Part shown: piece after piece, positions 1 to 13,057 of the stretch
Numbering within the stretch: position 1 is the stretch's first letter
How the letters are laid out: each line of letters begins with the position of its first letter
Source: Chrysomallon squamiferum
Taxonomy: Eukaryota > Animalia > Mollusca
Length of the DNA stretch: 64,000 nucleotides
Direction of reading: 5' to 3'
Assembly: GCA_012295275.1 (NCBI GenBank)
Contig: CM022677.1
Location: forward strand, 14,322,001-14,386,000
The notes under the pieces: model-generated
Databases searched by the model: none
What the model was told of the DNA's origin: nothing
What the model saw: the letters and a program-made list of their open reading frames with translations, nothing else
Position numbers and translations under genes: made by a program

Positions 1-1199
1 CACACACACACACACACACACGTGTATACAAACATGGATTTGCACACATTTTTTACCATGCTCTTATTAGCTTCACAAAGTGTACTTACCATTCCAGTTT
101 TATTTTGTAATTTGACCTTTTTTGTTTTAAACAAAACCCCAACGTGTAGATACAAAAAATACAAAAATATATATATATTTACAAACTTTCTTTACTTGAA
201 TCAGAAATAAATCTGTTTTAGTTTTACCAATTAATATTATTTATTTATTTATTCATTTGTTTGTTAGTTTGTTATAATCAGTGTAATTCATTATTATTAT
301 TATGAGCAACTGCTCATGGATAATAACATTTCCAAACATAAGGGAAATAACTCTCTTTAGATAAAACTTCTGGCAAATTAATTTTAAATTGTTAAAACAT
401 ATGAAATAATGAAAGAAAGCAAATTCATTTCCCACCCAAATTAAAAACAAAATCAATAATAATAAACACCCTGAACACAATCTCATACCGGTTTTATATT
501 TACCAAGAACAAGTAAAAAAATCAAATTCAACAGCAAAATTGTAAAAAATATAAAAATTAATTAATTAAAAATGGCTACAAAAAACATTATGCTGATACT
601 GTCAAATTACATGTGCATTATAAACAAATAACAAAAATAATGTAAAAGAAACTATAATTTAACTACATTTGTCACTTATTTATTATTATTTTTATTTACC
701 TGTTTTAAATTATTACATTGGATACTTAATTACTTTATTTAAAAGGAGCTAGTATCAAAAATTAATCTAGACATCTGTGGCTGTTATTTTTAAAGTCTGC
801 TGAATAAATTGATTTGATGTTTTATTTGCTGAGTTTATTTTCTATTTTGTGCATACATATGCAGGCCTGCACTCACATAAACACACATCCAAGACACAAA
901 ACAAACACAGAAAATAACACACATACAAACATTACAATACTCACACAACAGAAAAACACACACACACACACACACATATATATACTTAAGCAAAACCCAC
1001 ACATACACACACAAACAGACATAGCAATATATATAAACACATACACCAAAACAAACAAACAAATTCAGGCACACATATATGCAGTGACATACCAACATAC
1101 ATACTGACTTACATCCCCACACATACAGTGCAGAACATAAATTTAATAAATAATAACTGATATTATCAAAAAACTTCTTATAAAAACACTTCAATGAAA

Positions 1200-1927
1200 T
1201 CAAAGATCTGAGTTCTGCAGAATTAGCTCATGAAGAGCTGAATCTTCAGCCTGTCTCACTTTCATCCTCTTCTCCACTTCTTGTCTGAGAAAAACATTTC
1301 AGTATTTAATATTAATGTAATTAGGTATTGGTTTGTATAGTTTGTATTGTTGTATATTTACCTTTGTCACCCAGTAGCTGATATATTTTCATGCTGGGGT
1401 GTCCTTAAACATTCATTAATTCATTTGTATAGTTTGTAAAAACAATGGCTATCAAAAATCTCACAGTTATTTAAAGATAAGCATTAATTCCTGCCCATTT
1501 CACAAAAAGAACTGACATAATTTTATAAGCAGATGATACCAATATATATAATTACAAATAAAATATTCTTTTTAAATTTTAAAATTTGTTTGATGAATTA
1601 CTATTAATTGTTTTTACATTTTTTTTTTATATGTCGTTCCGTCAATCAAAGTGAAAACCAACTACTTTGTTAAATCAGATGTACAGCAGACACACTGGGT
1701 ATCATAATTATGCATATACATTTTATGAACAGGGAAAGAAAGTGAAAGGAACAAAGAAAGTGAAAGAGAAAATCAGAGATGCAAAGGAGAGAATTAGAGA
1801 TAATGAGAGAGAAATAAAAAGACTATGACATCATCACTATACCTGACTTCTGTCTCCAGTTCTGTACTTTTAACATCATCAGCTGTCATCTTAATTTTTG
1901 ACACTATGAAATGTATTGTCCAAATAT
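1200..1927 (-). pseudogene. 3' exons of LRR-RRM gene, copy 1 (exons 1927-1843 and 1284-1200)
   Basis: Exon 1284-1200 follows ttctcag and reads (R)QEVEKRMKVRQAEDSALHELILQNSDL*. Exon 1927-1843 is 85 nt against 83 nt in the paralogous exon 12056-11974, so it is frameshifted. Confidence 0.55.
1335..1425 (+). mobile_element. SINE-like 3' tail remnant (second copy about 11460-11545)
   Basis: ...gctggggtgtccttaaacattcatt(catt) ends in a (CATT)n tail, resembling gastropod SINE 3' ends (recalled, not searched). Confidence 0.35.
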
Positions 1928-2070
1928 CTCATAAACATAATAATCATTGTTAGTATTAAAGAACAAGGTTGCAGTTGTGATAAATATTTACAGCACAAAC
2001 TTACAGCAAGGCCGAATATTTACAGTGCTATGATTAGACATACAGCACAGATAGCCCATAGGTTTATATA

Positions 2071-2270
2071 NNNNNNNNNNNNNNNNNNNNNNNNNNNNNN
2101 NNNNNNNNNNNNNNNNNNNNNNNNNNNNNNNNNNNNNNNNNNNNNNNNNNNNNNNNNNNNNNNNNNNNNNNNNNNNNNNNNNNNNNNNNNNNNNNNNNNN
2201 NNNNNNNNNNNNNNNNNNNNNNNNNNNNNNNNNNNNNNNNNNNNNNNNNNNNNNNNNNNNNNNNNNNNNN
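2071..2270. other. Scaffold gap (200 N)
   Basis: Run of 200 N. Confidence 1.
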
Positions 2271-2585
2271 CTGTATCTGCATTCTGGAAATAAAAATACA
2301 AATAAACTAATAAAAATAATAAATTGTTAAAAATAAATAACTAATGTTTCTGTTATTATTTAAATTTTACTGTTATCAGTTACTGGATTATTCAGACACA
2401 AAGGGATGTGGGATATTTTTGATATACTTTGTATAATCATTATAATGATAATGATAATAATGATAATAATTTAAATAATTAACAAAACAAATGATTATTA
2501 TTATGCTAATTTACAATCAGTAAAGAGTTGTTACTATAAAACTTATTTTATTTGCTAAGAAATAAAAATAAGATAAAAAACTTAC

Positions 2586-3124
2586 AACTTGGAATTGTGT
2601 TGTCTGAATCAGGTACAGGACTAGCTTGGTCCTTCGAACTGTCAATGTGGCAAGACATCACTCTCATGAATGTTGCCTTCCCGAGTCTCATCTTGTTCTG
2701 CTGCAGCTACAGCCTTTGTTTTCTTCTCTCTCTTTTCTTTATCTTCTCATCCAGCTTTATTCTCAGAGCGGCAAGCTCAGATGTTACCTGCTGCTCAACT
2801 TTCTTGCTGTTATTTTTGCCATCGCAGTCGTCTGCCTAGTTTTTAGTTTCGCAGCGTAGCAGATGAAGTGTTTTTACCAGCATCAGCTTGATTTCACAAA
2901 AAAGCAGACTTCAGTGGTGCTCTGCCCTTTTCTTCTTGTTCCTGATGATACATGTAAACCATCGATATATCATATTATAATATTCCAGCAGCACTTGCAC
3001 TCTACAGTGTGGTTCTGATCAATGGTTGTGTAGCTGGATGAGAAATTTATAAAATATTTCACTCACATCTGAATTTTCACAGAAACATTCTTTAAATTCA
3101 TTTGGAACATTTTCTCCACATGAC
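2586..3124 (-). pseudogene. Unidentified degenerate exon(s), K/E/R-rich coiled-coil-like
   Basis: Higher-GC island bounded by a ttttctag acceptor (3125) and a gtaagt donor (2585), with an internal gtgagt at 3066. Reads KNNSKKVEQQVTSELAALRIKLDEKIKKRERRKQRL* with stops. Confidence 0.35.
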
Positions 3125-3494
3125 CTAGAAAAATAAAAATAAAAATTATTAGTAATGATATGAAAAGTAAAATGGATAATAATAATAAAGATAAAAAAAT
3201 AATAATAAAAATAAAACATAATAATAATAATAAAAAGTAGTAATAATAATAAGAGAAGAAGAAGATGAAAAAGAAGGAATTAAAACAAAACAAAACAAAG
3301 TGTAAATAAATAAATTAAAATTGACCATTAAGAAAAGAAGAGAAACAAAGAACAGGATAACAAATTATTTGAGTGTTTATTTGTGTGTTAAATATTTTTT
3401 TTTATAAATAATTTTATTAATATTTTATAGCATCATCTACATATGAAATAACCTGGTCATGTATTTCTTAAATTTGTATTCATCTTTATTTGTT

Positions 3495-4815
3495 TTTAGT
3501 GTTAACATAGAGCTATACAGGTATTTAGCTTAAATAATATGAAAGCATTTAGGGACCCACCCATTATAAAGTTTAATATGTTTTATAATTATAGAGCAAG
3601 TCAGCAATTTAACATAAATCTTTGAAAATAATAAATCATAAATAAACTGACAGAAAACAACCTGTCAAACAAAATTAGCATATTTTCTTTTAATAGTTTT
3701 ATTAGTTTATTTCAACAACAACAACAAAAATAATTATAATAATAAAAAAATAAAAATAAAAAAATAAATAATAACAATAAAAATAACAATAATAATAATA
3801 ATAATAATTTTAAATTCTCTGTGACTTGTTTTGTGGTGTTTCTTTGGTGTATGCTACACAAGTCAATTTATTTTAAAACAAATTTAATTACTGGCCACTC
3901 AAAATTTGCTGTAACATCATGACGTTGTTTATGTTGTTCACATTAGTACAACACTGGTGAATGTTATTATTAATCGAGTGTCGTTATCTGAAAAAATTCT
4001 AAATAAATAAATAAATAATTATTGTTCTCAAATAATATGGCTGCCATCAGTTGTCTATGACTTTTAAATTTAATTAAATAAAACGAAAAAAATCCAAACA
4101 CATTAACATTTATAATAATAAATAGTAATACCTGTCTCCTTCACAAAATGAAATACTTTAAACAACTGTTTTAATGCGATTACACCAATTCTGTAGAAAA
4201 TTCTTCGAACACTAAACAAAAAAGTAAATCCGTAAAGACCGACAATCATCCCGCATTTTTCCGCATATACAATCACCCCCCCAAAAAAAAATCAAAACAA
4301 AATTAAAATAATGTTCAAAACAAATAAAATAAAATAAAGAAACATCACAATCTCAATTAAAATATATTTATTTTATTTGTTTATTTATATATTTTTTATC
4401 TTATTATTAGCCAATCGTTGATGGTAAACTTCAAATAAACGGTGTTATAATTTTTTTTCCCCTACTTTTTCTTTCTTCTTCTTATTTATATTAATGCACC
4501 AAATAAAATCACAAAACTTACAACTCACACTACAAGTTACTTATTATTGTGCAGGAATTTACCAATATTTCAGATACGTCTGAAAACATTGTCTGAAAAA
4601 AAAAAATATATATTATTTTGCCTTTTATTAAATATAGCAATTAGTGTCCATATCCTACATTAAAAAAAATATAATTAATATTTCTATTAACGAGGCGGCA
4701 ATGCCGTCGGTCCAGGATTGTTCCTAACGTCATTGGTGTACACCTCTTCAAATACATTATTGTGATTTCTAGTAATGTCGCCGTCGTTCCAGTATTAACG
4801 TCTTGGTTAATATCA
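3495..4815 (+). repeat. About 1.3-kb module, inverted copy of about 49230-50540
   Basis: aacatagagctatacaggtatttagcttaaataat (about 3504) is the reverse complement of 50503-50537. Further anchors at 3850/50170, 4035/49945, 4500-4600/49400-49500 and 4645-4745/49255-49355. Confidence 0.9.
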
Positions 4816-5545
4816 CACGTCACTGTACAGTATTTCTTTACTTGATACTACTAATATCACGTCACAGTTTTTAATTTACTTAATACTGCTAATATCGCGT
4901 TACTGTACATATTTATTTTGCTTAATGTCTGCTACTATCACGTTACTGTACACTTCTTTTTTAATTAACATTGCTAATATCACGCTGCTGTACAGTATTT
5001 ATTTACTTAATACCGCTAGTATCACGTTACTGTACAGTATTTATTTTAATGGTGCTAATATCACGTTACTGTACAGTTCTTTTTTTACTACTGCTAATAT
5101 CACTTTACTGCACAATATTTATTTACTTATCTCTGGTAATATCACGTTACTGTACAATAGTTATTTAGTTAATGCTGCTCATATCACGTGTCTACAGTAT
5201 TTATTTACTTAATGCTGCTAATATCACGTTACTGTACATTATTTATTTACTTAATACTGCTAATATCACATTACTGTACATTATTTATTTACTTAATACT
5301 GCTAATATCATTTTTTTTCTGTTCAGTATTTATTTACTTAATACTGCTAATATCGTTACTGTACAGTATTTATTTACTTAATACTGCTAATATCACGTTA
5401 CTGTACATTATTTATTTCCTTAATGCTGCTAATATCATTTTTTCTGTTCAGTATTTATTTACTTAATGCTTCTAATATCGTTTCTGTACAGTGTTTATTT
5501 ACTTAGTGTCTGCTAATATCACAATACAGTATTTATTTACTTAAG
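4810..5545. repeat. 42-bp minisatellite, about 17 copies
   Basis: Unit tatcacgttactgtacagtatttatttacttaatactgctaa. Confidence 0.93.
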
Positions 5546-6017
5546 AGGAGATTCTTCATATTTCGCAGAATAAGGTCCGCTACAGAGAGAAAGAATGAAA
5601 AAGAAAAAGAAAAATAGAAATGAAATAAAGTGTAATGATTTTGTATAAAAACATTTTGTATCAATTAAAACTGACATTTATTCAAACACATTCATAAAAT
5701 AAAATTAAAAAAATTAAAAATATGGAATAACATAATAAAAAATAGAAATGTCATAAAATGTCTTAACATAGCGAGTTTGCATAAACGATTAAGAAGTAGT
5801 GACATCTAATTTGTATGTGTTTTGAAGAAGAAACAGAACAACTGCAGACAACTCTTCAAAATCTTCATAACTTAAGAAGTGCGCCACTTCTAAATGACAG
5901 CTGTAATGCACATTTTGATCTGTTATTTTTTTTTCTCTCTTTTTTTCTTGAGGAGTGTTTTTGTTTTCTTTTTTGTCTGTATGTTACTTTATTCTGACAT
6001 AAACAAATTATTAATAT

Positions 6018-6650
6018 AAGAAATTCGTGAACATCTTCCAAGTTATGAAGATTTAGAAGGGCCGCTGCAGCTGTGTTTCGACTTCAAGACACGTACAAAT
6101 TAAATGTGACAAGATTAGCAGACGGTTTTATATATGAACGATATATACAGATATTATCAGCAGAAGATTGTTATCAGCTAGGTCGCCTCGCATACAAAAT
6201 GAAAAAATACAAATCGGTACATATCTGGATGGAGACAAGTCTTGAGAAACAAAGAACAGAACAAATTCAGAACGTGTCTCGGTTACAATTTCATGACTAT
6301 GACATACACGGTAGAGAATTAGCGGGACAGATAGAACACCTTTTAAATTTGACAAATGAACAGTTAATGCTAGCTCGTGAACTAGAACGTGCTCCGAACA
6401 GAAGGAAAAAGTATTCAAGTATATCAAAACTTAGCAAAGAAAGGAGGAAAAAATGCCAGTTAAAGAAAACACAACTTTCGATGCTCTCTGTCATGGTGAA
6501 TACGTTATTAAAGTACGAAAACGACATCGTCTGAAATGTCGCTACCATAACAATATCAAAAATCCACTTCTAATTCTTGAGCCTGCTAAAGAAGAGATTA
6601 TGTAATTAATGTTAAACTTGGAGGCCATGACAGACAAAGAAATACGAAAA
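6018..6650 (+). pseudogene. P4HA: Prolyl 4-hydroxylase alpha subunit fragment (N-terminal/TPR region to the start of the catalytic domain), frameshifted, no introns
   Basis: HLPSYEDLEG/AAAVFRLQDTYKL...LSAEDCYQLGRLAY...WME...DY, then a frameshift to ALCHGE...RLKCRYHNNIKNPLLILEPAKEE. This matches the P4HA motifs GAA.ALLRLQDTY, LTAEDCFELGKVAY, LCRGE and CRY...NP..ILAPAKQE. Confidence 0.9.
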
Positions 6651-7514
6651 AAAACCTAACTAAAAAAAGCACCCCTCCAAAAAAAAAAACGCAGTCATCA
6701 ATGACAGACTGTTTATCCTCTGACAACTGATAGACCATTAACATTTGTAATAAAAAAATATTCCAGTTTTATGTTATTTTAGTCTTTAGAAATCTGCACT
6801 CTGTCTAAAACGGTATATCACGTTGGTCTCAATAAATCATCCGGTTTTGACAGCGCCCACTGTATTTATCTTTATTGTTTATATTTTTTATTTATCAATA
6901 ATAGATACGTATAGTATGTTTATAGTATGTTTATTGATATTCCTGGAAGATACCTATACATTTATGTTTGTTACTCATTATACAGCTATATTCGTTTCAG
7001 TTGATTTTTTTATATATACTGGTATACCTTTATATAATGGTAGAATATTACTTTCTTGAAATGTTTTTTTTTTTTTTTTTTTTTTTTTTGTATTCTTTAT
7101 ATACTTTGGAGTACATGTTTGTAATTTAGTTTGTAAAATGTTCGTCATCTGCTTTTTGAAACGTTTTGAAGGGCAGATAACCGATAACGAATTATTAAAC
7201 AATACGATGTAGAATCTTGTCACAAGACTCGAGAGTAATTTTTATTTTTTTGAGAAATTTAGCTGAATTTTTATTGATCAATCAACAGAGTAATTAGTTA
7301 TATTTAGATTTTCATTTAAATTATTATGTAATTATATTTAGCAGATATGTATAGAGACGGACAGGACGTCTCTCGGTGGCCTTGAACAACGTAGACCTTC
7401 CCGTTGTAATTAAACATAGATTACTGGTGACAAATGAAAACAGCTACTGAAATCTCTATGTCTATAGCCCAGTTTGCATTCATTATTTCCCATTCTTTTT
7501 CTAAGGTTGATTTA

Positions 7515-7600
7515 AAATAATGCGGATAATTACAGATCTATTACATTGCTAAGTTGTCTTGAGAAGCTTCTTAAATACAGCTAGAGTTGTGTAAACAAAT
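7515..7600 (+). mobile_element. LINE reverse-transcriptase N-terminal remnant
   Basis: NADNYRSITLLSCLEKLL matches the NYRPISLLS.L.K motif. Confidence 0.6.
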
Positions 7601-9274
7601 AATAGAATAATTATTGTATTACGTTTTCACATTAAACCGATTTTACGTACAGATATTATGATCATGGTGTTTAAAAATAAATCTTGCTTAAAATTGACTC
7701 TGTATATGACTGTGCGTGAGCGTGTGCGTGCAAAACATTGACGGTAGTTACAAATATTTATGGGAATTATAGGCCTAACGTTGGGTTTGATCTGTTCTCA
7801 AGATAGATCTGAAATATGTCTAGTGGAGATATTTATATTTCCCGCCGATCTTTCTACGTCACTGGACATCTTTAGTTGAAAATTATTTCGTCGTTGGCTA
7901 AGAAACGCAATCGTTTTGAAGAAAACGATAGCTTATTTTAATAGTTTTCATTAAAAGAATTTCATTGTTTTACAAGCAACGAAAATTAGGAAGTATTCAA
8001 CCCAATACAAATGAAAGTGAGACTAATTCCTACTAACTCTCGTTAAAATGTAGGTACATGTGTGTGAACGTGGATTTATTTATTTTTGGTAGTCTTCCAG
8101 TTTACATGTACCCTTTTTTCGTAGAGGTTTCTACATTTTTCTGTTTTACTGCTTTCCTGAATTAAACTAATCAAATCGAACAATTTTCTCAACATTAATA
8201 TAAACAGTCGAAATCAATCTAGTCAGCCACACGGAATTCTTTGTTTTCTTAAGTACATATCTTTATCAATTTCCTGTCTGTTGTATTTATAACAAAAATA
8301 AATGTTAGCTTAGGTATCTGTGTGTGTGTGTGTGTATGTGTGTGTGTGTTTATTTTATTGTTGTTTTTATTTATTAATTTTGTATTTTAATTTAAAGCTA
8401 GCGAATTAAAATGACAATAGAAACATTGCTTGATCTGCATCCTGATAAAGATGAGAATTTTTTTATTTTTTTTTATTTTTTTTATTTTAATTTTATTTCA
8501 AATTTTGAAATGCCGTCAGTGTTTGGCAACAATGGACAAGAAAAACAAAGAGGAATAAAAAGCCCACAAACATAACTTAGAATAGTGACATGGCTTATGC
8601 CAGGATGTCACCAAACAATTTTTGATCTGATAAAATTATTTAAAATTTGTTTGTATAGGGGTGAACTGTTATAGGCATGGTTTATTTTAGATACGTCTTT
8701 GAATGCAAAAGAACCAAATAATAAATGTTTGCTTTTAAAAGTATGTTAGTGAATTTTCATCAGAGTGTCTTAGATACTTCTGTCTTATTAGTTCACATTT
8801 GTCTTTCAGAACGAATCTTTTAAATTTTACCTTTAAAAATAACAGTTCAGAAATATGTTTTAAAAGTTGTAAAAGAAAGTAATAATAAATAATAGTAGAT
8901 ATGAAAGACAAATATATTAAAACATATTTACTTTCATATGTTTTTATTTAACATTTCAGCACGCCAGGAAAAGACACACGAAAAGATGAATATATCCTTC
9001 ATTTGATTAGTTTCTACTTTGTTACTGATACTAGTTGATAGAATAGGTTCAAACATTGATCGCACACATACATTTTTGTTTTAACAGAAATAAACTTTAA
9101 ATGTAGTGCCATTATGAATGTTTGATGGGATCATTTGTTGTTTTAACGCATAAGAAGATAAAATAAATAAAAAAAAAAAAAAAAAAAAGAATCATATCGA
9201 TTTATAATTTGTATGTATATTTTGATAAAGGTTATTGTGTTCCTTTATTTTTTTTGTTTTTTTATTTTATTGTT

Positions 9275-9405
9275 ATTGTAGCTGCAGAAACATTCGGGAT
9301 GATTGCCGGTGTTTAGGGATTTACAGTTTTATTTGATGTTCGAAGAATCTTATACAGAATTGCCACACGGTGGCAGCCATCTTATTCGAGAACAATAATT
9401 ATATG
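9275..9405 (+). repeat. Internally deleted third copy of the module core (same orientation as 49720-49970, inverted relative to 4020-4265)
   Basis: cgggatgatt...ggatttac...gatgttcgaagaat...acagaattg fused directly to tggcagccatcttatt. Confidence 0.8.
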
Positions 9406-9564
9406 TCAGAACTTTTGTAGATAATCAGATATAAATCTTGAAACTAGAAGCCTTCAGCTGTTATTCATTATTACAAAAATACAGATAAATTACATAGTTT
9501 TATAGTTTGAATTAAAAGTAACAATGGATTCTCTGAACAGCATCATGACTGAGAGAACAAGCAG

Positions 9565-9870
9565 GAATCATCTCCTTTATTGAAGACGAAACAAAATTTA
9601 TTTTCCTAAAATCTTAATATTTCCACATTGGTTGACTGATGTTGAAAGAAGATATTTATATTTCGATGCGAAGCGGAGATATTAAGCTTCTATCTTACGT
9701 TAACTTTACAAAATTATTCAACATATGGAATTATCAAAATACAACGATAATGTCGTTTATAATAAAATATTTACTTTTTCTGAGACCTAGAATTGTTTTT
9801 GATCAGAGAACTGGTAAATTCATAACAAACGTTAACAATTTCAACACAGCATGTTTTTCTGGGACTACCG
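9565..9870 (+). pseudogene. Possible second, divergent P4H catalytic-domain fragment
   Basis: PKILIFPHWLTDVERRYLYFDAKRR resembles PRI..FHD.ISD.E......AKPRL. The downstream RIVFDQRTGKFIT...TAC resembles V.DP.TG.L......AW. Confidence 0.4.
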
Positions 9871-10490
9871 AGTTCAAGATTAATAAAATGTAATGAAAAT
9901 TATAAATAACATTCACAAATTTCTTCATTGGAATATTTAGATTCCTGTTACAGAAATGTTTTCAAAATTTTTGGTAGAGATGTTTATTGCAATCGTAACA
10001 GTTCATTCAAATTTATCTTAAAAATGCTTTAATAATGAAAAACAAGGCAACAACAGAAAATGAAAAAAAATATATATTTATTTTAATAAATATCAACATT
10101 ATTAATTATAATATCTAAACAACAAGTGTACGTTAAATAGATATTTCTCTGTACAGAAGACAGCAGGTACAGATCTAGGGTGTGGTGTGTTAACATATTT
10201 GTGTGATGAGAAAATATCACAAATGTTCTCTTGCTCCTCTACCATATAACACTTTCCATTTATTTTTTTTCTCTTACACACTGCCTGAAATAAAAAATAA
10301 AGAGTTACCAAGTAAAATTTCTCAAAACAGATAGTCATAGAATTTTATAGTATTTTAAAAGAATGAGAAAGAGAGAGACAAAGATGAAGCCGGCAAGAAA
10401 GATATAATGAGGGGGAGAAAAAATAATAAGGAAGATGATCAAAATAAAATAAAATAGGAGTGAAATATTGAACACACACACACTCACACG

Positions 10491-10544
<54 letters not shown>

Positions 10545-10568
<24 letters not shown>

Positions 10569-11053
10569 TATACAAACATGGATTTGCACACATTTTTTGC
10601 CATGCTCTTATTTGCTTCACAAAGTGTACTTACCATTCCAGTTTTATTTTATAATTTGACCTTTTTTGTTTTAATCAAAACCCCAATGTGTTGGTAAAAA
10701 AAAATACAAAAATATATATATATTTACAAACTTTCTTTACTTAAATCAGAAATAAACCTGTTTTAGTTTTACCAATTAATATTATTTATTATTTATTCAT
10801 TTGTTTGTTAGTTTGTTATGATCAGTGTAATTAATTATTATTATTATTATTATGAGCAACTGCTTATGGATAATAACATTTCCAAACATAAGGGAAATAA
10901 CTCTCTTTAGATAAAATTTCTGGCAAATTAATTTTAAATTGTTAAAACATATGAAATAATGAAAGAAAGCAAATTCATTTCCCACCCAAATTAAAAACAA
11001 AATCAATAATAACAGAAAATAACACACATACAAACATTACAATACTCACACAA

Positions 11054-11107
<54 letters not shown>

Positions 11108-12059
11108 TCACTTAGGCAAAACCCAGACTTACACACAAACAGATGTAGCACCATATATACTGACACATACACACACATACACCAAAACAAACACAAACAA
11201 ATTCAGGCACACATATATGCAGACATACCAACATACATACTGACTTAAATCCCACACATACATTGCAGAACATAAATTTAATAAATAATAACTGATATTA
11301 TCACAAACACTTCTTATAAAAAACACTTCAATGAAATCAAAGATCTGAGTTCTGCAGAATTAGCTCATGATGAGCTGAATTTTCAGCTTGCCTTTCATCC
11401 TCTTGTCTGAGAAAAACATTTCAATATTTAATATTAATGTAATTAGGTATTGGTTTGTATAGTTTGTATTGTTGTATTTACCTTTGTCACCCAGTAGCTG
11501 ATATATTTTTCATGCTGGGGTGTCCTTAAACATTCATTCATTCATTTGTATAGTTTGTAAAAAAAATGGCTATCAAAAATATCACAGTTATTTAAAGATA
11601 AGCATTAATTCCTGCCCATTTCACAACAAGAACTGACATAATTTTATAAGCAGATGATACCATTACAAATATATATAATTACAAATGAAAGTCCTTCTTT
11701 TAAAATTTTAAAATTTGTTTGATCAATTACCATTAATAATTGTTTTTACATTTTTTTTTTATATGCTTTCCTTCTATCAAAGCAAAAACCAACTACTTTG
11801 TTAAATCAGATGTACAGCAGACACACCTAGGTATCATAATTATGCACATACACTTTGTGAACAGGGAAAGACAGCGAAAGAAAGAAAGAAAGTGAAAGAG
11901 AAAATCAGAGATGCTAGGAGAGAATTAGAGATAATGAGTGAGAAATTAAAATACTATGACATCATCACTATACCTGACTTCTGTCTCCAGTTCTGTACTT
12001 TTAACATCAACAGCTGTCATCTTAATTCTTGACACTATGAATGGCTGTCCAAATATCTC

Positions 12060-12096
<37 letters not shown>

Positions 12097-12235
12097 TAAT
12101 AATAATCATTGTTAGTGTTAAAGAACAAGGTTGCAGTTGGGATAAATATTTACAGCACAAATTTACAGCAAAACAGATAGATATTTACAGATTATATGAT
12201 TAGACATACATACAGATAGCCACATAGGTACATAT
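10545..12235. repeat. Segmental duplicate of 1-2070
   Basis: See 1-2070; lacks about 400 bp present at about 465-905 of the first copy. Confidence 0.93.
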
Positions 12236-12453
12236 ATAGATAGACAAACAGACTAATTTACATTAGACAGATAGACAAATATAAAACAAAAGAATACATA
12301 GATGCATAGATATATTTATTTAGAAAGTAAAAGTATTTAGAGACTGGTAGACATTGGGTAGATAGGTAGGTTTATGATGTAGACAACCAGACATACAGAC
12401 AGACAGATTATTGTAGACTTACACTGGTAAATAGATATATAGGCAGATGTAAC

Positions 12454-12498
<45 letters not shown>

Positions 12499-13057
12499 GA
12501 AAGAGTGTGAGACTGACAGATTTGGAGTAGTAGGTAAACCAAATTACATTTTATATATAATTAATCAAACACTGATGAGTTAAATGGAATACCTCTACTC
12601 TGTTGTAGCAATCTATAGCCTTGTCTACACATACAGAATCAGACATCAGTATCCATGCTGTTCCTCTGTTCGAACATGTAACTGGATCCTGGAAAATTCA
12701 AGCAGTAGTAGTAGTCATTGTAGCAGTAGTAGTAGTGGCAGTGGCAGTAGTAATTTTAGTAGCAGTAGTAGTAGCAAGAGAGGAGGAGCAGGAGTAGCAG
12801 TTGTAACAGCAGTAGTAACAAAAGTATTACAATAAAACAAAATAAGATTACTAACAATAAAATTAACTGAATTCATAAAAGAAGAAGAAAAGAATATATA
12901 ACAATAATAGCTATTCACTTTATTAACAATCAACAATTATAAAAGAAACAACAGCCAAGAACAAACAATAGAATTAATCTCATTAAGATAGACATTTAAA
13001 AAAAAAAAAAAAAATTAATAAAAAAATTTAAAAAATGTAGAAAAAAAGTATCTTCAC

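Larger units (their letters stand above)
1..2070. repeat. Segmental duplicate of about 10545-12235 carrying the 3' exons of the LRR-RRM gene
   Basis: Collinear, highly similar sequence from (CA)n-cgtgtatacaaacatgg to gatagccc(a)taggt in both places, with indels; ends at an N gap. Confidence 0.93.

Noticed and set aside
814-1203. HT/VC-, poly-I/L/N- and RE/SL-rich ORFs here and throughout
   Set aside because: Translations of (CA)n, (TAA)n and (GA)n microsatellites.
1916-2301. ORFs spanning N runs (also 23441-23773)
   Set aside because: Gap artefacts.
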